From Tubulanus polymorphus (Eukaryota; Animalia; Nemertea): DNA of 64,000 nucleotides. The notes beneath the pieces are model-generated. The model was not told the origin of the DNA, did not search any database, and saw only the letters and a program-made list of their open reading frames with translations. A program made the translations under genes and the position numbers. Location: the NCBI RefSeq assembly GCF_964204645.1, contig NC_134025.1:30918299-30982298 (forward strand). The letters run 5' to 3'. Below are positions 24,481-39,459 of the stretch, in pieces; position 1 is the first letter of the stretch; each line of letters opens with the position of its first letter.

Positions 24481-27400
24481 GAAGAGCTTCATGTGGAATA
24501 GTTAATGATTTATGATGATCAGATTTATTAGATTGTTCCTTTATCACTCCATGTAATTTCATTAATTAGAAAGTGACATTAATTATTTATTGTGTATCGA
24601 CACTGGACTGGAAAATCTCATTAACCAATCCGGATTTATGTAGAGGAAACATCAAAAACAACTAAATTAATTTGTAAAAAAAACCAATTTCTCAGTTTCA
24701 GATGGTCTTGTCTCTTAGAATTTCGTTTATTCAGGGGTGGATCTGCTCTGCTGGTCTACCCCCCCCCAAAAAAAAACAAATCTTGAAAAATTAGTAACTT
24801 TCTCATGCATTCTGAGTGTTTTTAGGGAATGTTTGATCATCCATTGAAATGCAATATTGAAAACTGCAGATACGTTTTTCAAAGGAAATTCTACAAAAAG
24901 AGGGGTTGTTCACCCGATGAACACCAATTAATAAACCTAGAACTGAGGAACTTGGTCGCGGAATGTTGATAAGTCAATCGCAGGAGTATGGATGGCTACC
25001 GATAGATATATCTCAAATCAAGTCTTTTATTAGGATTTTCAATGTTTATCTATGCTATCAAACAAATAGAAGCCTAAAATAAAGAGATTTGTACCGGTCA
25101 CAAGTAGAGTGAATTCAATGTATAAACTTCAAACTAAGCAGTCGATATAATTTAATATTTAGTGTAGGGGTATCGGTATCTGGAGACACGTTGAAGGTCA
25201 TTATGTGTGTAGCTGTTCTCCTCTTTGAGTCCTCCACACAGGAATAAAGACAATCAACCTAATCGAGCAGAGCGCACAGAGCAGTATCAGTTATATCATC
25301 GACTGACTGTCACTTGATTCGTAGTGTGTTAATCGATTCCAATTCCATTACTCAACATTACTCTGAACTCGCAGTAACACATGTAAATAATCAGCACTCT
25401 CACTACTCTCTAATACCGCGTAAAATACGATATCAATTCAGGCAGATATTTCTACAATGGCAGAAAAATATCTAGAATTAATTTCTCAAAGCGAGTCTGG
25501 TTTAAAAGTGAATAAGAGTGAATCAGGGTCCACTGAGTGAATCATTCCGGGTCCCATTGCAATCACCCATCAGTATCTTCAAAGGGAGAAAAGGGTTTAG
25601 AAATCAATTTCTCAAATGGATGAATCGGAGGTCCAGTCACAAGTCCTAAATACTATTGATCTTAATTTCTAGATTCGCTTTAGAACTGAAATGGATCCAA
25701 ACTGAAAACTATTACATTTATTACATATAACATTATCTTGTTGAATTGTTTCATTACGTATTAAAACGAAGAGCTCGATCAGCTAGCGAATATATTCTGT
25801 GAACTTTTTTTTCTGTGCACTTTTTAAATCTATTACGAGCGCTGATGACAACATGTCTGCCGCCGGAAATGGGTTCGGTATAATCAGACATGGCCGCTGG
25901 CTGCGTAGGTAGATGGTGAAAAAGTCACACACGTATCTATGACGTCAGGGATGATGTTGTTTTGTAGCTGTTCTCGTAGACTCACGCGTAATTTCAGTAA
26001 TGCGGGTTTTGGTCAATGGAGTTTAATGAGGTTCTGAAACTCTAAGGTATTGGACCCTTCCCTAGAACGTGATAATACATAATCAGCACATTATAACGAA
26101 TATGCGATATGTCATAAACTCGAACAATCTCTTCTAGGAAAAACTGCATTGTAGTCGCTGTTTCATTGTGAGATTCTCGTGTACAGGACGGGTATAAAGT
26201 GAAGCCACTACCTTCGTCACGTAACAGTAACGTGACCTTTTGTCGTACAGGCCACAAACTGGTTTGTACCAGAACAACCCAAAACTGACCAATTTGGTCA
26301 ATCTATAGATTGCGTATGAGTGGTCTGTGTAAGGTTTGTTTGCCGTCTCATACTGACCATAATCTCACTGACTGTGGTCACATAACATGCTGACAACACA
26401 ACCAGGGAGATGACACGATCACAATTTATGATCTCAGCTTAAATTCAGCATTAGACAAAATAATTGAAGTCTGTTGATCGAATGTAAAATGTTTTCAGAG
26501 TTCACAACATTCGCATGAATAATGAATGTGATGACATCATAGGAGCGTATGGGCACTGATTTGATAATGCCAAATTGGCGCGGGCTGCGTTATCCGAGTT
26601 TCTAAATGCTGTTTAATGTGTTTGATGTAGATATAAATCTATATTATCTGTACCTGGTGACTGTAGTGATATCGGTACAATTGAACTGTGGTTTATTGCA
26701 TATATAAAGAACTACCCACTCAACTGTTTTTATACCCGCGCAGCGCCATCATGAACTGAGCACAGTTTTAAAGCTTAGGGCCATTAACAGAAGTGGTGAG
26801 ATGTGTGGGTGTTTCTCTGGTGACTGTTGCTGTCAGTACTTAACTGGAATATAAATATAAACTACATCAACCCACTGTTCATCTCCGCCGACTTCACCTG
26901 AGGCTCTAACAAATAATTCATATCAGTGAATTGTAGCACCAACGACAAAAATAGGAGTATCTGAGAGTTTTTTTTAGATTTCGCGCGCCCAGTTCCACAG
27001 GACGGTGTGTAATACCTGTGTTAGCTCAAGTGCAGTCAGATTCTATCACAGAAATTTAGAACGATTTTAGAGGTTGTTCCGTAGTAGCTCCGTGGAACCT
27101 GTTCCACAGTTGTGCTCCATTTCAAATTCACTATTCTAACTCAGAACTGAGGGACTAGATCCTAGTAATTATTTCATCAACGATTCGTTCTAGGAAAGAA
27201 AAGTTGTAAAGCCCTAAGTTAAAGATTTGTGATTTTCTAAAGTGTATTTTTATATTTATTCAGACATGCAAGTTTAATTGAGTGACATCTTAAATTGATT
27301 TCTATTTAGCTCAAACACGAATCCCCTGAATTTACGAGTCGGTCAATATTATACCGAATCAATAGAGATTTACTACAGCGAAGCAAATTCGGGCGTCATA

Positions 27401-28572
27401 TACATCAATATATGTCTAAAGCATATGATCTAAACATCGCACAGGGGAATTTATGGATGTCATAAATTGAGAAAACTAATTCAGTAGCGGATCTTTTATT
27501 CGTGGTAAACAGTCTCCTCCTAGTTCGTCATGGCGGATATAATAAGAATTGATGGATGGAGTGAAGGAAATGACCTTGAAAATCACAGACGATGACTGAG
27601 GAAAGTCGATTCTGCGTGTATTTATTTATGATGTAGGGCGATGTCGTCTGCAACTCGACTGTGTAGGTCTAGTTCGGGGTGGCTATCTTTAACATCGAAT
27701 ACAATTCACAAAATAATATGAATATTACAACATCAGATTTACAGCAAAAGTTGACAAATTACAAAGTCATATCATAAGTACAGAAACGTAACAAGAAAAT
27801 TAATCTTAATAAATTATTTGATACCTGCTAAAAAATGTCGAATTTTTGGGATAAGCTAATGTGGGATTGCAAACTTGAAATCGAAGTTTTGGGGAATTAT
27901 AAGATTTGGCGATTGGGTAGGTGATACAGGGTTCGACTGTAAATAGTAACGTTGAATAATTGTAGAAATGAATAGCTTTAAAATCCACGGGTATTTTACT
28001 TTCTTTCTGCACGTGAGGTGTACATTATATAAAACATGCTCGCATTTACAGCGGAAACGTCGTTACCTTGACAACTTCCGGATCTGACACTGAAACATCA
28101 GATAGTACGTTCATATAGACTCAAATCATTAGGGAAATTATGAATATATATCATTTGTACGGAGGGAACATGTTATTGATAGAAATATTCCGAATAAATT
28201 ATTCATCGATCAAAACTACTGCCTAGAGTTCATTTACGACAATTTATAACCAAAACAACGGTGAAAACTTTGAAGCTGGGCCCTGACCCTTATGGGCATC
28301 CCTCGGAGTCCGGGCTGTGTACTGACTGGTGACTCACCCTTATGGGCATCCCTCGGAGTCTGGGCTGGATACTGACTAGTTACTGAACCTCGTGTAGTGC
28401 ACTCAACAACTCGCGCCCGTGTTTTTCCGAGTCAATGGAACTTGGATTCGAGTCGCTGGTTTTTATCGGCGATAAAACATTATCGGATTTTATCATCTCG
28501 GAATTTGTGCTATTTATAGAATTTACTGCTGAACGATTGAGAGAGAGGAGAAAGACTTCTAGGGTGATAACA

Positions 28573-28800
28573 TGGGAGAGGGAGAGGGAGAGGGAGACGG
28601 AGAGGGAGAGGGAGAGGGAGACGGAGAGGGAGAGGGAGAGGGAGACGGAGAGGGAGAGGGAGAGGGAGAGGGAGAGGGAGATGGGTGGAGAGGGAGATGG
28701 GAGGAGAGCAAGGGGATGAGAGGGGGGATGAGAGGGAGGGATGGAGAAAGGGTGAGAGAGAGGAGAGAGAAGAGGAGAGGGAGAGAGGGAGAAGGGAGAT
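28573..28800. repeat. GA-rich (GGGAGA)n simple repeat
   Basis: Directly visible. Confidence 0.9.
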
Positions 28801-31800
28801 GATGACTGGTTCTATTCCACGATATGCCCACACACACACATTAAACTTCAATTTATCATTGCTCTGTATATCAGGAAGGTTCCAGCATCCTCTCTCTCTG
28901 TTTCCATTAAAACACATCACTGATGATGAGCACTGATCATTCAATCTCATTCAATCTTATTCCCAACAGGCGTCGTCTTTTCCACCGATATTGAATTCAT
29001 TCGAAATATGATGTCATTGAATCGTTTTGAATAAAGACATTTCTCCAGAAATGCAAAGTAACGATTTCCGATCTGTGTATGTGACTTGTAGACACTGTTT
29101 CACCCGGCCGACCCTGGTAAGCGAGTATACGTCTGATGACATGATTGAGACAGCTCCTCATTATATGAAGGACTATCGACAATCGATATCAGTCAATCGA
29201 TACTCATTTCCTCTGTTTCGTTAATAGGCTACATTGGATTGATCGTGGTCAGTTCATAGTTACTCATTAGCCTTTTACTCTTGCATCAATACACGATATA
29301 GTGTCCGTTAAATTCAAAATTCAAACAGGTCTCGTCTGCAATTCCGTTAAATTCAAAATTCAAACAGACTTTAACGTCCCATAGACGGAACCAGTTTGAA
29401 ATGTCAGCTGCATTTATATTGTACTGCACAGTTAAGGCTAAGTTTCAAGACCAGTTTAAGACCACCTTCATTATCTTACAACTTCTGATTGACAAATGCG
29501 CAAAAGGTGGAACTGGTTGCTGACCTCTTGTTCCATTCATCGACAGAAATGAGACCAAAAATTTTCCGAACGGCCTCTGTAGCTGTCTGCTCTCTGCTGT
29601 CTACTGTCTCCTGTCACCTGTCTCCGGTCGCATGTCTCTGTCTCCTGTCGCCTGTCGTCTGTCGCCTGTCTCCTGTGTCCTGTCGCATGTCGCCTGTCTC
29701 CCGTCTCGCTTTATCGTTTTATCGCTCCAATAAAGATGTAGGTATGTGAACCTCGCAGTAATAATCAGGCTATTACACCGCAAAACCGAGTATTCCGTCG
29801 GTAATTCTGGTAGAGCAAGGAAATAATAATCATCTGAGAGGAATAAAACTGGCTACATTTACAGCACGATAAACCATGCATTTAGATGCTGAATATCTGA
29901 ACCCAGTTCCACAGTTCTGGAGCAAGTTCCACAATTCTGAACCCAGTTCCACAGTAACCCAGTTCCACAGTTCTAGAGCAAGTTCCACACTTCTGAACCC
30001 AGTTCCACAATTCTGTCTGGAACTCGCTCCACGATTCTGAACCCAGTTCTACAGTTCTGGAGCAAGTTCCACAATTCCCGAATTCTTAAGATTGAAATTG
30101 AACTTATAATTTCAACAGTTGACATTTCTTTTGAAGTCAATCTTTTGTATCAGAGTCAAACTATACTGGACGATTGAACCAGGGCATGTTCGAATGGTTA
30201 ATGAAGTCAAATTGACTGATGCCTGAACACCTAAATTACCAACCGAATTGACTCCATAAGGCGTAAACACGTATTAACACAGCATTCTTACTTTTTGTTT
30301 GACTTTTCACAAAGAAACTCGATACGATCAATTTATCTTTGATTGAAACGGAACAAGCTCTAAATTATCTTCATTGATTTTCCATCTAGAATACACCGCG
30401 TGGTAAAACATAAAGCAGTAATGTATATTGAACACTGACGGGTTGACAGACTACTCAACCAATATCCTCGAGGCGCTATATTAACTTTCCTATAATAATC
30501 CTGTTGCTTCACGGCGTAAATCATTTCTTCACAGACTCGAGGATTAAATATCTACTTTCATCCGTATTTTCCATCTAGGGATTTGTCTGCGCCGGTTAAA
30601 TTTGACAAACAAAATTAATATCCGAACCCTTTCTGCATCCAGCGCCATGTTCTAAATCTCCGCATTGTTTGACAAAATATGATATGCAGTTTCCATAGCA
30701 GCAATATGTAAATTCAGCTGTTTATTGAAAAAATTGATTAATTTGCGAAATGTTTTGCAATGTTTCAAAATCTTTTACCGCTTTGACCACAATGAAACAT
30801 GGAATGATTCTGATAAAGTTGGGTGTATTTGATTCGAAGAATTGGAATTTCGTAGACGGTAGAATAAGCTTAAATCTAAAACGGTTAAATAAATGAATTC
30901 TTCGCGTCGCATGAAAAACATGAAGTTTCCAAGAGTATAAAAGCCAAAAATCTGAGTTTAGCTTTTTAGCGAAACCGGTTCCTGGTCCCAGATTCACAGT
31001 CGTCTGAATTAAGACTTGACTATAACATATTGCGTGAACTGTGGAACTGTATCCAAAACTGTGGAACTGTATCCAAAACCATAGACAACTGTGAACCTGA
31101 GTTCAGAACTGTGGAACTGAGTTCAGAACTGTGAAACTGAGTTCAGAACTGTGAAACTGATCATTAACTGCCGATCGAGACAATCATTAAACACATTTGG
31201 CAGCTTCAGAAATTGATGATTTCTACTGATGAATGTAGTTGTTACAGTTGACGCCTGGTACCATTAACCAATGTCACAAATCTATTCCGTCGTCGTTTCT
31301 CGTTAGACAGTCTTTGACTCTTGACTTCACGGCGAACCCTCCGACAACAATAACCATGTATTAACAACATCTTATATTCAACATAGAGATGAAGATAATA
31401 GAGACAGTGTATACTGACAATCATGTGAATAATTCCTATTCATGTTAATTTTCTCACTAAGCGTGCTTATAATTCTTATTCATCTATAGTTCTGCAATTG
31501 AAGAGTTATATTCAACCGACGATTTTCAAGACTTGCACACATCTACAAGTACGAAAAGTAAACAAGATTTTATTCTTAATTCTATGATTTTACTAAGCGT
31601 TAACTTCAAAATTTCAAATCCAAGTTTTCTAAAGAATAGTTTGCAGACTTCGCCGTAGAGACTGTCACACAATCAAAGGATTGAGACAAAATTGTCGTGG
31701 AACTGATTTAGAGTTGTATATAGAAATACACCTGCTGGAGTTGTTAGCCTTATTTCATGCATAAATCTGCTACAGGAAACCCCTAGCAGTGAAGAGAGGG

Positions 31801-32427
31801 TTTTATCATTCTTTTTAAAAGCGAGGAGAGTGGCTAGAAAAGCCTCACGGTTATTCCATTCCGTTCGCTTCTTCCATCATTAGAAATTGAGTAATCAGCC
31901 ATGAAATCCATAAAGACAACAGCGAAGAAGACAGCATTTGTGAATTAATACTATAATAAGAGCTCTTTCCCTGAGACTAGCGACAACTGACACCGCGGTA
32001 TATACAACCATGTTATCACAATCTAATGTATTCTGTATCAAGGACAGTCAGTCCCAACAGTTTACAACCAACTCATCTTTACCCAAACCATCTTATCGTT
32101 GAGCGGCGAGACCAGCCAACTGACCCTGTCTACCCAAACATCGTATTACCATCTCATAAATACTGTATGTATCAAGGACGGTCAGTTCTAGGGTTAAGAC
32201 ACAGTAAACGCTTCAATCAAGACCAGTCTAAGCCCAATCTTGGTTCTAAAGCCATTCTAACAGCTAAGACCTAAGACAAGTCCTAACACTTTAGACCACA
32301 TTCAAACACTGGCACTGGACCCTAAGCACTGTTACACAGTGGTGACTTCAAATCATAAGAATGGTCCTAAGTTGTTAGAAAAGCTATGTAAGATAGACTG
32401 GTATTAAATGTGTAACTTGCCCCCAGA

Positions 32428-32578
32428 ACCGACCAACCGACCAACCGACCAACCGACCAACCGACCAACCGACCAACCGACCAACCGACCAACCGACCAA
32501 CCGACCAACCGACCAACCGACCAACCGACCAACCGACCAACCGACCAACCGACCAACCGACCAACCGACCAACCAACC
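32428..32578. repeat. (ACCGACCA)n 8-bp tandem repeat
   Basis: Directly visible, ~18 copies. Confidence 0.95.
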
Positions 32579-35500
32579 GGTCTATTTCCTGACCGATTAC
32601 TGAACTTGATGGGTGTAGGCAACATTATAATATGATTAACTAATATCTTATAGATCATAAAACTGCAGATCGCAGCCGTCTGTATCCGTCTATACAGTCC
32701 ATCATCTTATATTCATGTACGACGGTGAGATTGAATGAAAGAACCCTAATTGGTTGCATTTGCTGCAATATTGACAGTGTCTGTATTCAGTGACAGAATT
32801 GTCGCTATATTTACAGTATCTTCGCTTTTCTGGTGGAAACTTTTTTTCAGCGATTTCTGCTTCGTCGATGTTTGAATATTTCTGTGATTTGAGTAAATAT
32901 GATGTGAGAAGAAAGGAGAATGCGACGACTACGTAACGTTAATATTTGATATGGTCTAATAACCGACAATGACATAGTGTAACCGGGCTTTATATCCATC
33001 ATAATCATCGGATAGGATTGAGCTCGAATCCCTATGAGAGTAATAATCTACGTGTTGCTCTAAGACATCTATAATAGATTAGACGAAAATAATGGCTCTA
33101 TGTCACAAACTCCCAGATAACTAACGACTTTAGATCTGTTGCCTTTAAGAAAAATGTTCTTTCGTAAATCAAAACATACCACTCAACGACTGGAGCTATA
33201 TTACTTTCATAAAATAACATCAGGGCTTCATGAGAAAGTTTAACGCCTAAAACGGTTAAGTTCGAATTGTTGGTCTCAGTGAAAACATAAAGTATATAAC
33301 CGATAGCAAACACCCGACGGCTAGTAATAGTTACAAGATAACTAGGGCCTATCTGATTCTCTACAACCAACTCCGAGAATATTGTTCCTCTTGTCCTGTT
33401 TGAATGTTAACTATTGTTGATCTATTGTCCTTTAATTCAGGATATTCAAACTATGAATAGATTTTTAAATTTAAATCTTTAAAATTAGAATATAGATAAA
33501 TCAGAAATTCAGATGAAAGCGTGTTTTTGGATCTTGTAGAGGAAAGTAAAATCAAAGAACATTTTTCCCAGGATGAGTCTCGTGTCATAAAACTGGCACG
33601 TATGATAATAATGTATATATATCATACCTGTAAAGATTCAGTCAGACATGGCACACACATTATATACATGGACATTATGTATTTTTTTCTGTGAGATGTA
33701 ATCATTGTACCGGTGATCGTTACTGATGAAATATTTAACTTATCGTGACTGGTGCGTTACCGCTGCCGCTGCCGCCGCTGCTGCTGCTGCTGCTGCTGCC
33801 TTTTCTTTTTAAGATTGGTAATAACGATGATAATGTGACTCTATTTTTGCTGCTGGCTTCTGATGTTGATTCGTCTGTTCTCCTCCTAAACTTATACATG
33901 TAGAATTATTGAGATCAGTTTCACTGCAGTCGTGGTTTTTAGATTTAAGACCGGTCTAATCTCATTTTGGTTCTATAACCAATCTAACTACTGAAGACCA
34001 GTCTAAGCTCATTTTGGTTTTATAACCAATCTAACTACTGAAGACCAGTCTAATCTCATCTTGGTTCTATAGCCAATCTAACAACTTGGGACCAGATATT
34101 GTATTTAGTGTCTATAGTGTCTGTATTGTCTCAGGGTTTGTTGTTTATAGATGGTTTAAATCATAATGTAGCGATAAAGTGTTGCTTGACTTTCTGATTA
34201 AGAGGAAATTCCAATATCGGATTCGAGCGGGAAGAGGAGAGGAAGGAGAGGGGAGAGGGGAGTGGGTAGTGGGGGAGAGGACTAAACGATATTCTCACAA
34301 ATCAGCTACAATATTAATCATACTGAATATAAATGAAATTCTCATCTTTCTCGATCAGTATTTCTTGTTTGCTTTGCATAATCTACACCACTGATAAGTA
34401 CGCAGTTGCTCCTATATATCACCAGCTCTGTATAGATTTCAGGGAACATCTATGACATTATATGATATCTAAAACCCCTGTTTCGATTATTTCACTAATA
34501 TTGTCAAAAATGACTGGGTTTATTTACTCGCGGCAGTAATGGATCTGATAACTCTTTTAACCTGCGGTGAATTCAGCAAAAAGCTCACAGTTATTATAGA
34601 CATTGTTCCATATATATATCACTCATTAGTGTTAACTGATACAGTCACCGGAGCACTCCGTCAGCACTACCCTGACATTTTGCTCTTGTCACAGCATGAT
34701 GCTTGCCATCATGCCCTGCTGCATACTGCTGCTGCTGCTACTGGTGCTCATGTTGGTACTGGTGCTGAATTATAGATCGTATTATGGTGTACTGGTGCTG
34801 TCAATATGAAGTGCCACTAAATTGCATGAATATTTATTAGATTTTTTGTTTATAAGCAGTAGTACAGATATTATAATCCTGTCAGCTGTAGACACACTGT
34901 TAATGTATCAGACACTTGTAGATCCATTTATCTGAAACGCGCGGTACATTTCACGTGATGACAGTCGTTCGTCAATATCTCAAACAGCCAATCTAATAGA
35001 TGTTCAAATTCTCGTAGTTTTTCAAGGTTTAGTTTCCTTGTAAGATTTTAAGCTTAAACGATTCAGTTTGAATTAAAGTTTTAAGGTTAAACCGCGTGTT
35101 GTCCTCATTGAAATCGCTACCATCAATTAAATCATTTGAGATTATGTTTTTCGCGAGACTGGGGTCAGTGTGGAGCTTTTATCTGCGTGTTCAGTTTTGA
35201 TTGAGTTTACAGTTTAAGCGAGTTACTAGAAATCCAATAAAAGTGACATTTCACATTTCAGCTGAAAAACCCCATAATAGTCCGATATATCTGAGCGCTA
35301 CTAATCAACGAATAGCTGTTTCCTAGCCCCCACCTCTCATTATTTCTAGATGCTCTTCTCAGCTGGGCAGCGCTCAGTCGCCTGTTGCCATTATTCTGAT
35401 GATAAAAGAAGCCATTTTTCTCATCACGATATTTGCCAGAAATGAGTTCTTTGGTTTCCTTCGTCATGTCTTTCAGTTTCCGCTCTCAGGTCTTTTTATA

Positions 35501-35612
35501 GCACGTCACAAGCCCTGAGGAGGTGCAACAAAAACAAATACACTGAGACTGAGGAGCGTGAAATCATTCTGGTTCTGCTTGCGAAATCCCTTCAGTTTAT
35601 AGTTCCTTCTCC

Positions 35613-35975
35613 CAGGCCACGACAACCCCCCGCGAACAAAGTGAGGTTACTCCTCCGAGGCCACGACAACCCCGCGAACAAAGTGAGGTTACTCCTTCTC
35701 CGAGGCCACGACAACCCCGCAAACAAAGTGAAGTTACTCCTTCTCCGAGGCCACGACAATCCCGCGAACAAAGTGAGGTTACTCCTTCTCCGAGGCCACG
35801 ACAACCCCGCGAACAAAGTGAGGTTACTCCTTCTCCGAGGCCACGACAACCCCGCGAACAAAGTGAGGTTACTCCTTCTCCGAGGCCACGACAACCCCGC
35901 GAACAAAGTGAGGTTACTCCTTCTACGAGGCCACGACAACCCCGCGAACAAAGTGAGGTTACTCCTTCTCCGAGA
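35613..35975. repeat. 42-bp minisatellite, ~8.5 copies
   Basis: Unit CGAGGCCACGACAACCCCGCGAACAAAGTGAGGTTACTCCTTCTC-like. Confidence 0.93.
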
Positions 35976-37268
35976 CCTCAATACCGGCTAACAGGCTGTG
36001 CGTGTCTTAGAGCGATAAGCTTTTAATGTATTCTTATCAACGAAAATCGACGAAAAGAAATTCAAATGTTTTCACATTGAATATGCGCCACAAAAGGACG
36101 ACGTCCCCTTAATTCTAATCCTAAATTATAAGAACAATAAGAAATCATTTGTAGAAAACTAGATTCCATATACAAGGGCGAATTCAAAATTCCTCCCAAA
36201 GTGCCTCCCAAAAAGTCTGGCATTTTTGCGAAGTAAATTCTAAAAAGATGAAAAATGATTCCAGGCTCTGATGAGGGCCAGAAAATTCGCCAGTGTCCTA
36301 AATTTCCAGAACCCCCACGAATGTAGCCCTCGCATCGCCAAATCTACCCTTTTCAAATCAAGTACCCAGTCCAATCTTTAGGTCCAGCGCCTTCAAAGAA
36401 TCCTGGATCCATCCTTGATGTATATTTCCTCAGTCATCTATTGTTCAATGTAACCTGTTGACATTCACAATGATAACGGACAAGCAATACAAAGGTTCAA
36501 TCCATTTGTCTAACGTACGACGAATCTCCTTTCCACAATTCCTCGTTATGGACCCGTTTGAGAGGAAAACTAACACGACATAAATCTAAGACCAGTTGCA
36601 AGCATTGAAGGCTTAGATTTATGGCTAGTCTTAACTCACTTTTATTGTATAGCTAATCTATAATATTTAAGACCGCTTTTGGTGTCAAGTCACGACTGCA
36701 TAACTGGGCCGGGGACACGTGTAACTGGGCCCTGAACACGTGTAACTGGGCCCGGGACACGTGTATCTGGGCCCGGGACACGTGTAGGCTACAATAGTTC
36801 TGCATTTAATGTACTAATTAGCTAATTGGTGATCCCTCATCAGCACAGCTTAACATGAGTCAATATCAATTAGTGGAATAGATTTATATTTTTTATGAGC
36901 ATATTTTTTTACAAATGAATGATATCGGCTTTATCTGTGTTTTTTGAATGCCCTGGAGGGATTATTTCCCGGGGCGGTTGCGTAAACCTTCCCAACCTCC
37001 AGTACCGCAGGTGCACGCGTATTGATACAGCAAGCGAACAAATCCTATTTCAATTTGAGTTAATTAGGAAGAGTAAGATTGGGATTAGATGGGTTTCTCA
37101 CAACAGGTTTATACCCGAGTGCATGTAACGTCCCTAAATCTACCAATTACGTATTCATCCCCATTTTCGAGAGCAAAGTGAATACCTTCAATAATTCAAT
37201 GCTTTATGCATATACATATACATAATATGCAAATCAGCCATATGCAAATCGCCAATATGCTTGTGTTG

Positions 37269-37416
<148 letters not shown>

Positions 37417-38514
37417 TCGAATGTATAGCCAGAAGAAATGAAACAAAGCTAGCTATCCATCATTTTTATGAGCATTGTTACAAGTCACAGGCTCTAGTTT
37501 TACAGTTTTGCTCTCTAACGCGGAGTTACTTAGCTTCCAACGGTTTAACCCCACGGGCTTAATGGTGATATGTGTTGGTCATTAATTTTGTGCCGTCAGA
37601 TCTTAACTCACAATTTTGGAACTGCATTTATAGTTCTACTGCTTATCGGTTATTGTCTAAAATCGATCATTTCCAGTATCTGTAACTCTAAAGAGTCCAA
37701 TCTGAGCTCACAACTTTGAACTGGCTTCAGACTCCCCTAACTCAAGATCTCATCAAGTAATATATAAACCAACATCTCCTCAGCCTTATAAAAAAACTGT
37801 ATCTTATATCAGTGTATTATAGATTGAGTTGATATATACGTGATGGAATATCGTTCTGGGAAGGAAATAATCTCACAGTAACACGACTGACTGTCATTGA
37901 TTGATTACGCAGACGGCTTTCACCAAAAAAATACAACTTCAGACTTCATTCCGAATGATGTTTTGATGTGCAGGGAAATTGATTCTAACAGTAAAGACGT
38001 ATTGCTAAGCCTAAGACGCAGTAGATTGGATTCGTGCGAACTCCTAAAACTCCTCTGACCTTTTATAATTTGTTCGGCCAAAAAAATTTTCATATCCTAT
38101 TTGATCATAGGTTATAGCTGTATCGGGTAAGGATGTACGTAGTCTATTGAATGATTACCAAATCTTGAGATCTCCGTATCAGTTTGAATTCATTGAAAAT
38201 AATAGAGAGGGTATTATTAGAGAATTACTATACACCAGGGCATGGTTTTATAGACTGGTATTAACTTTAAAAATGAATTGAGTCACCTCGGGGTTAAAGC
38301 TGATATCAGGGTATAAAACTGGGCCCGAACTGGGCTGCAGTTGCTCAAAGGTTGATAACCGGTGGATAAATACAATATCAACAATGAACTTTTTAATTGT
38401 CACTGTGTCAACTATATCCACTTTTAACTCTAACCAACTTTTGAGCACCCACGGCCCCTGACTGGTCACCACACCTGACTGGTCACCACAGCTAAATGGT
38501 CATTCTACTAACCA

Positions 38515-38580
38515 GAGTTTGTGGCCTAATGGTTAGCGCACTGAGCTGATAGACTATAGATCCCTGGTTCGAGGTTAGTG
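38515..38580 (+). mobile_element. Degenerate tRNA-like sequence (SINE head or tRNA pseudogene)
   Basis: Pol III A box TGGCCTAATGG (38522) and B box GGTTCGAGG (38566). No intact acceptor stem. Confidence 0.45.
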
Positions 38581-39459
38581 TTAGGTTTAGTATGGGCTCA
38601 TTTATAGCATTTTTGGGCTAGAACAGTCGTGATTTTAGATATTTTTCATGTATCTTATTTGGCTTTTAAAGATGCTTTTTGGGCGAAAATTCCAGATCAA
38701 TTACTTCTCTTTGAGTTTCGAACGTAATGTTTTGCACAATATGCGAAAGTAAAGATACTTTTCAACGAAAGACACTTATGATAATTCCCTAGACTCAGCG
38801 AGACTCGACGAGACTCAGCGATACTCAGCGAGACGTGTGAGACACAAACAAATAAAAGACACATTTTCCCTCCGTCGCTGTTCTTTGTAGCTGTACTTAG
38901 CGCGCGTTCCGTTAATGGATACTTATTCAGGTTTTAATGATTGTTTCCATTAGCGCCCGAATAACGAATAGTAAATATACCTTCTCGTCTGAGCAGATCG
39001 ATATTATTGATCGTTTCATAGTCAGTTTGTATTTGATCAGTTAATGAAAATGTGTACAATAACCTAGCTACAGAGATCACGATCACAAATTAAAGACACA
39101 CCTTTTTACCATAGCTTATTCTAAAGTACTCTTTTATGTTTAACTGTTGTTTTACCATTTTATGATTCATGCATCTTATTTTGTAGGACAAGAGCTTTTA
39201 ATATGGAATTATGGCCATCAATTATCATCATTATCATTATCATTGTCGTTGTCATTGTCATTGTCATTGTCACCATCTTTGAAATTGAATTTGATCGGAA
39301 AATTTTGGTAAAATCTATTCAAATTTTTCTAAGATGCGAATTAAAAAAACATTTTCATTTTGACAATGACAATGAATCGTTCCCGATGATTCGCCACTAT
39401 AATCACCCATCCAAATGTCTATATATATATTTCCAGGCCCAGTATCTAAAAAATCGAAG

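Noticed and set aside
28435-28950. Low-complexity ORFs (ER/PS/GE repeats), likewise at 11414-11608, 32367-32658, 37206-37562, 41109-41668 and 63266-63931
   Set aside because: Translations of simple sequence repeats.
35592-35991. Repeat ORFs (RRRSNLTLFAGLSWP)n resembling a multi-copy neuropeptide precursor
   Set aside because: No signal peptide or clear splice context, near-identical DNA units and open frames on both strands, as expected of a minisatellite. Not fully excluded without RNA data.
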